Positions 57,388-64,000 of a DNA stretch of 64,000 nucleotides are shown here, in pieces (positions within the stretch are counted from its first letter, which is position 1; the number at the start of each line of letters is the position of its first letter). The stretch is from assembly GCF_000143415.4 (NCBI RefSeq), contig NW_003314304.1, positions 926,047 to 990,046 on the forward strand. Direction: 5' to 3'. The notes under the pieces are model-generated. The model worked only from the letters and a program-made list of their open reading frames with translations, ran no database searches and was not told the origin of the DNA. The position numbers and the translations under genes are program-made. This stretch comes from Selaginella moellendorffii (Eukaryota; Plantae; Lycopodiophyta).

Positions 57388-58424
57388 GATGAAGAACGCG
57401 TCCGGGATCGATCACACAGATGGTGGTGATGATGATGAACTCCTCGACCTCGCCAGTTCCTCCAGCTTCGTATCACGCAGCTCATTTCCATCTCCAAAAG
57501 CGCATCACGGACAACATCACCAGCAACAGCAAAGGCTCCCGAGTTCCATCACGGCTCCTCCGCCTCCACTCCCTCGAGCCATTCCAGCCCCACCGTGCTG
57601 CTGGCGCCGTGTCTCCACCAGCTCTTCAGCTACGAGTCGCCATCGCAGTTCTTCAAGGTGGTGGACAACAAGAGTACGAGCTCCTCAAAGTCGGGTGGCG
57701 GAATTAAGGCGCTGCATCCAGGACATCTGCAAGCTCCATTTCCAGCAGCAGCACTACTCGGTTGTGACAATCAACGGCGCAACCATACTGGACGAGCTCG
57801 TGAGGAACTAACTAGCCAGGCCGAATCATCCAGGAAACTAATGGTAAGCTCACTTTTGCTATCGTTTTTTCTTTCTTTTTTTCTGTTCATGACTACCGTG
57901 CTGGGTTCTGGGGAGTGAGTGGGAGGGCCGTGCATCGGGATAATTCCTGTAAGATCACCATTTATATGATCCTGCTATCGTTTCTTGACCAGGTTCTTTT
58001 TGCTTTTTGCAGCCATGCATTGAGGAGTTCAAGCACCCGGGAAACTGCGCGGGTGGCAAAACCGTCAGTGGCCGAGAGTTACACCAGCAGGATCTCCAGG
58101 TTATCCAAGCGCGGCTACACAATCGACATCGATGGTGCGGTGGTACCGGGAAAGCTCGCTCCCTCGTAAGTTCTCTACTCTTCGATTTGCTTGCTCTCTT
58201 GTCTCATCACTTTTCTTCTGCACTGCTTCTTCCAGGATCGAGAAGCGAGGTGTCGGCTTTGGAATGTTTCTCCTGTCCCGGGGATTGACATTGAGACAAC
58301 GAGGGTTTTTCTGACTTCTAACGCGTACATAGACTTTGAGTTCCAGCGAGTCCTTTCAGCGACAGGTGAGAGCTTGTTCCATGCGATCAAAACAGGAAGT
58401 ACTAACTTACAGCAGAACGGGTGA
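57388..58424 (+). pseudogene. Degenerate multi-exon gene of unidentified family
   Basis: Coding-like composition and GT/AG-bounded pyrimidine-rich introns, with frameshifts and stops; no family recognised. Confidence 0.35.
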
Positions 58425-59124
58425 ATATTCGTCTGTACTAATCCCGCGGTGACAAAAGAAAGTTTGAATGTACCATTCTACATGTTTCCATATCTACACT
58501 TGCCTTCGTCCATTTTTTTTACCTTTCCTGGCTCTTTTGCCGCTCAGTTCTTTCCTTCTTCATGCTCATAAATGTCCGCAGCTTGTCCAGTGGTGGTAAT
58601 TGTCCCTCCATATCTCATTTTGTTCTTGCCACTCAGCTTTTTTTTTTGCTTGATCGTGCTCATACATGTCCGCAGCTTCTCCCCGAATTTACAACTCACG
58701 GTGTCTTTTCTCCTCATTTACATCGATATCTAGCCTTTGTCCATGTTGTTTCCTACTCAGTTCGTTTCTTCTTCGCGCTTGTCCAGTGTTCCCTCATTGA
58801 CATGCTTCTGTCCATTTCTAAGCTTGATCTAAGTTTGATCTCGACCATATCTGTCATGTGTTTCTCCAGCATTGTTTTGTTTTTGTTCATGCTCGCCCGG
58901 CATTCTTGTAAAATTGCCTTCAACCTCTCTTCCTTGTCTTGTCAAGCTACTCCTCTTCAAAAGAAATCCTGTCTTTGTTTTGTGTCTCTTCACTACATCT
59001 GTTATCTGTTATATGATGTGTGTTTCTTCGGTTGGTTTTTGCAGCTAGCTAACTGTAAAGAAAAGTGTAAGTATGAAGGAGAAAGCTTTCACAAACCTGG
59101 ATCAGGTGGGAAGCACACTCTTGC

Positions 59125-60228
59125 TCATGACTTGTGCTCTAGATCCGCAATTAGCTTCACCTTTTTCTCGTAGTTGCTCTTGTGATTGAAATAGCTTGCG
59201 TTCAAGATCCGGACGACAGAGTGAGTGGAGTCTAGCGTCTGATCTCCTTGGCTCTTTTGAATCTTAAACTCGTCCCGGTAGCGGGTGATGTGGTAGAGTG
59301 CCCGCAACTCCAGCCACAGCTCCAACTTTGTCACACCAATTTCAAGCTCGGGATCATCTGAGCAGCGGCGGAGGCGGAAGCGGCGAGGACTCACTCCGCT
59401 GTTGTTGTCCGGGAAATTCTCGGGGTCGAGAGAGTGGAGAAGAAGCTTCTTCCAGCTGAGCAGGTTTCTGCGCCTTTCCAATAGCTCTGCCGAGATTTGA
59501 GCTCCCAATTCGTGTGGTGCCCGCTTCTTCTCGTTGCACACCTCTGCTGCCTGCTTCTTGCTGGACATGGCTGTTCCCCGCCAGTTCTTCTCGAACACTG
59601 CCTCGTAAAGCATGTAGAGATCGGAGAGGAGATCCATCTCCAAGTCCACTTCCAGCTGCGCTAGCCGGACTTGCAACTCTAACGGCAGTGGATCTAACAA
59701 CATGTTATATCCCTCCTTAGTGTTTTCTGCAAATCTCACCTTTTTCTTCTTTGCACCAACCGAGACTGGACATGATTGCCGGAAGCAGGATCTCTTGGTC
59801 ATGTTCTTCTCCACTTCTCCTGCCACTAGAAGATTCTGCTGCTGGATTGGCACCACGATTTCTCGTACAACTTCATCCTTGTTGCTTGGGCAATCATGAT
59901 CATACTGGACTTCTCCTGCCATCATCGTTGCAGCCCCTTCCTTCTTGCTTGGCTGATCATGGCGGGTGCTTGGCTGATCATGGTGCCGGGGATCCCTTCC
60001 ACTCCCTGGAAGCGTCACCTCTGCTTCTTCCTTCTTGCTCGGCTGGTCATGAAGCGTGACATCGGACAAGAGGCTCTTCAACCCTGGACACAGCTTGTTG
60101 TTGACGATCACCAGTGTCTCTGAATCCTCGATTTCAGTGGTGTTTTTCTTCTTCCTTGTGAAGAGAGCAGGCAAGCAGCCGAAGAACATGCTACCTCGCT
60201 CCGTGATGGTCGTGCGCCTAAGCATCAT
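59125..60228 (-). CDS. Hypothetical protein, 367 aa
   Basis: Long ATG-initiated intronless ORF with coding-like composition; no recognised domain. Confidence 0.6.
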   Translation of the reverse strand: MMLRRTTITERGSMFFGCLPALFTRKKKNTTEIEDSETLVIVNNKLCPGLKSLLSDVTLHDQPSKKEEAEVTLPGSGRDPRHHDQPSTRHDQPSKKEGAATMMAGEVQYDHDCPSNKDEVVREIVVPIQQQNLLVAGEVEKNMTKRSCFRQSCPVSVGAKKKKVRFAENTKEGYNMLLDPLPLELQVRLAQLEVDLEMDLLSDLYMLYEAVFEKNWRGTAMSSKKQAAEVCNEKKRAPHELGAQISAELLERRRNLLSWKKLLLHSLDPENFPDNNSGVSPRRFRLRRCSDDPELEIGVTKLELWLELRALYHITRYRDEFKIQKSQGDQTLDSTHSVVRILNASYFNHKSNYEKKVKLIADLEHKS

Positions 60229-60470
60229 TCTTGAACCCTATTGTATACTCGAAAATTAAAAACCAAAAATACCACACATTTAACTCAATTGTGCAAGAAA
60301 AAATTAATTTTAAAGGAGGTAGTTTTATAGTTACTTATAAGTTATGTTTAAGGTGATATATTACAAACTCTTACAATTATATAATAGTGTTTTTTAAAAT
60401 ATGTATCTAACAGTTATACAATATAAATATAGTGACAAAATATCTTGTGATTATATAAACACAATGCATG

Positions 60471-63400
60471 TCAGTCTACTCGATCTAGAGCCAGCATGAC
60501 GGGAGATGACTGCTCTAACAGCCCAATCATCCCTTGAATGGCTCGTTTGATCTGTTCTTCGTCTTCCCTGCCTTCCAGATCCAAGCTCTCGTCCCACACG
60601 GAAATGGACAGTACCTTCTTATCGATCTCCTTGATAAGATGATCCACAGTCGGCCCAATGTATCCCTCTCCCCTGAGCGTGAGCAGCACCGGTTTGAGCT
60701 CCTCCATCCCTTGCACCAGCTGACCAACAATCTCTTTGATCGTCTTCTTGTCCCGCTCCTCGGTCTCGGCCTTCTGGATCAGCTGCTCGAATGCGGTGTT
60801 GATGAGGTCTGAGGCAGTGACAAGTGCTGCCGATGCAGCTGCTGCCACCGCCGCGGCCGTCTGCTTCTTCTTCTCCACCACCTCTACGTCGTCCGAGGAA
60901 ATAACTCTAGGAAGCAGCAGCCGCAGGTCCACCTTCTTCCGCGGGAGAGTGTACATCGGTAGCTCCAGCCGATGCTTCTCGATGAACTTGAGGAGTTCCT
61001 TTCTCACCAGCCTGGAGATTGCTTCCGCCAGCTCCGGGTCGATCTTGTCGCAGCTCTCAAACGAGGAGACGTCAGGCCCTCCTTTCGGGTGGCTCTTGCT
61101 TGTGTCAACAACGTTCTGCGTCAGGTTTGTGTAGAAGGGGAGGAAATCGTCGTGGAAGAGCACTGATGACCACGGTTGCAAGAGGAAGTTCATGATGTCA
61201 TTCAAGCTTCCGTCGCTATATCTGTTTCGAAACATAATAGTCATACGACCAAAAGCACAAAGAACTCATGAGCTACCTTCTCGGAAGACTGTTGAGAAGA
61301 GACACTGGAAGCCCGACGACTTGGCTGAATTTCCAAGCGTCTGCCTTCACCTTCCCGGCGTAGAGGATCCTGGCGAGCTGCTTGTTCTCTGCGATGTCCA
61401 CTCTCGCGTAGAAGTTGCTGAACTTGGTTAGCATGGAGTAGATCCGCAAGTCGTCCCAGTTCGTAGTGTGACAACTGGGAAGCACAATGCTGAAAAGCTG
61501 AACGCCGCCAGGGAGAATTCCACCAGTGCATTTCGGTCGGCCCAAGAGTGGCGTAACTGGCGCAGGCCACTTCTTCCCGCCACCGCAATCCTTCGTTTTC
61601 TCAGGAAACCACGGTAGATAGCTCAGCCATAGCTTGCCTACATCTGGGAGATGACTGTTGAACCGGGAGATCAGTGATGCTGCCAAAGCTTCGCCAACCT
61701 CTTGGGAACAGAAAGTCTCAAGCTTCGGCAGCTTTCCACAGTTTCGGCTAAACTTGCAAGCAGTCCCAGCAGCATAAATGAGTGGGTCATTCGTTTGAAA
61801 CTTTCCGTCCACAATCACACGTCCATCAAATATGATGTTCTCCTGAAAAGAAAAAAAAAACTTTCACTTGAGGTTGCAACCACAAAGCAAATACTCACCC
61901 TTCTCATCACGTTGAAAAGAGGGATGTCGACTTGCTTCCGCTCGCAGGTCACCAAGAGACAACACGGGAGCTCGTGGTGGATTTTCTCGTCCTCTTCTTC
62001 ACCCTGAGCTTCAAACTTCGCTGCCTTCAAACTTCCGGACTCGTTCGTAGTGACTCCAACAAGCTTCAAACCCGACTTGACAGCTACTTGACACCAAGCC
62101 AGCTCCTCCAGCAAACAACTCAAAATGTTTGCATCCCCGTGGACGTACTTGTTCGTCAACTTCTTCTCAGCGTGGCACAGTACGATGTTCGATCCCCTCA
62201 GTCCTCTGGAAAGCAAGAGCTGGATAACGTAGAAAGCTTCTAAAGTGGAGCCGTAAACCACTGCGTGACCTTCACCGTCGACAAGGACTTCGCGGGGGAC
62301 TTTAAGCTTCTCAAGTGACCCTGTAATGACGTCCAGCCTCGCAAGGAACTCATCCGCCCGGATAACTTCCTTCACTGCACTGATCCCAAGCTTGCACCCC
62401 GTCTGGTCTTGCATCCCGGTTGTCATAATGAAGAGATCATACGATAGAACTTCCCCGTTCTTGAGTGTTATCGTCTGCGCTTCTCTGTCGAAGTCAGTCA
62501 CGAGAGACGACTTTAGTCCGACCTGGCAATCAATCCCGAGCTTACTGAAGCACCGTGCCGGGCCTGATTCTACGTCGAGAATGGAAGCTGCTGACGACGA
62601 GAATCCCATAAAACCGCACGGAGATACCAACGTGACGTTTGTAAACTGCATCAGAGGATTCGCAATGAGCTTGTGAAGAAAAGCCTCCGCGGTGCGCGAC
62701 GCACCGGCAACTAAAATTTTCGAGTTGACAGGAATCCTGTGCCTGCTTGTAAGCCTGTGAGTGGTGAAGTAAAGCGCACAGTCGAATCCGGAAAATAGTC
62801 CCCTTGGTGAGAAGTTTGCAACTGACCCTCGCCGTAAGGCTCTTTTGGACGGTCCAATAGTCTCGGGATGTCTGCCCCACTTCTGAGAGGGGCTCATATA
62901 AACGTGTTGTCTTGCGGGAATTAGCAGCATGTCTTCAATAACGTCGGGAAGATCCTGGTCTGGAAAAATGGGGCAGTAGAGCAGCGTTTTCTCTGTCTGG
63001 CGCATGATCTCTCTCAGGAATAGTCTTCTGCGATGACGAAAAATTGGACTCAGTGCCAAAAGAGTAACGCACGCTTGGTTTGCTGGAGGGTGATGTTCCA
63101 GATTGATGAAGGACTTGACGCAAAACTGCGTTGTCAGAGCTTCCACAGGAACGGTCTCCTCAATCATTGCCAAGCCAACAATTTGAGCAGACAGCACAGC
63201 GACTATGGTATGGCCTGGTTGGAGTACGAAAGGTTACACGACATCAGTACAAAAAAACTCTAGTACTTACATCCTTTTCGTGGATGCTCGACCAAGTCGA
63301 CAATGCTCTTGCAGTCCTTAAAATCTGCCAAGAACTCCGCAAGAGCATCAGCATCGCGGGACATAGTATGTCGGACTTCAAATCCCTGATCATTTCAGTA

Positions 63401-64000
63401 AGAAGTTCTGTAAAACTCACGTACTCAGAACTGGCTTCTTGTCACCAAAAGTTACTTACAGGAGCCAAAGAATCACGGTGAAGAAGATATAGGCATAAAT
63501 GAGCGATTGACAGGTCTGGGGGATGATCCGTCATCATACGAGTTTCCGGCAGCTTGACGTTTTCAATTTTCCTTGAAGATCTGCAGGGTACTCTCGCAAA
63601 CAGTCGGAGCAACGGATGTATCCGACTGGTGTATGGAAAGCCCACCAAACAGTAATCTCTAGTCTCTAGCTTCAATCACAACGTATCATACAGTCAGACA
63701 CCGCAAAAAGAAATGACATAAAAACTTTACACTGACCTCGAAAGCCGACATAACGAAGTCAATGCCCTGATTTTCAAACTCTTCCTCGATGCAAAGCATG
63801 CTGATTTGGAACGCGTTCGTAATCTCCACAGGAACGTCGACTTCCACGACTCGAAATTTTGGTGCTTCCTCAGCCTTCATTTCAGCAATATCAGTAACCT
63901 GCTGAGTGACCTGTTGCGGAACTGGAGAAGGAACTGGAGAAGGAGATGGGGGAGCAGGAGCTGGAGAAGGAGCAGGAGAAGGAGACGGAGCAGGAGAATT
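60471..64000 (-). CDS. CFAP61: Cilia- and flagella-associated protein 61, 3' portion (multi-exon; 5' end off window)
   Basis: NAFQISMLCIEEEFE, RDYCLV, LYLLHRDSL, LSPIF......FLREIMR, VNSKILVAGAS.TA, FTNVTLVSP.G, YDLFIMTTG, FDGRVIVD..FQTNDP.IYAAG...KFSR, GILPGG. Confidence 0.88.

Noticed and set aside
58000-58424. GGKTVSGR / PGID motifs hinting at an ASCH-domain gene
   Set aside because: Too short and frameshifted to support a family call.
58562-59173. 203-aa hydrophobic + strand ORF
   Set aside because: Likely a by-product of pyrimidine-rich low-complexity sequence.

Overview
Plant nuclear DNA: compact, GC-rich genes with very short introns, interrupted by sharply bounded AT-rich transposon debris. 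Short-motif PLS-class PPR genes plus a cilia gene (CFAP61) point to a flagellate-sperm land plant, most likely Selaginella (inference). 1-16.9 kb is a tandem array of ~8 kb units: a glycosyltransferase-like gene, a membrane/ARM-repeat (BLE2-like) gene and a mosaic of gene fragments. It is followed by PPR, LBD and ribophorin I genes, then two more membrane/ARM genes in inverted orientation around a Copia/Gypsy/hAT graveyard. The right half holds a PPR, a stand-alone PAN-domain protein, mitochondrial-type L35, an alpha/beta hydrolase, a RING-H2, a P450 pseudogene, U1 snRNA plus tRNA-Lys, PMIR1, PPRs, a 5-phosphatase pseudogene, an orphan ORF and the 3' part of CFAP61. Most notable: (i) retroelement pol regions inactivated almost only by C>T/G>A transitions with the frame preserved (RIP-like pattern); (ii) a four-copy, locally hypervariable membrane-ARM gene cluster that travels with a neighbour's last exon; (iii) an intact GT-family gene lacking its whole catalytic domain. 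All family assignments are from recalled motifs, not database searches.
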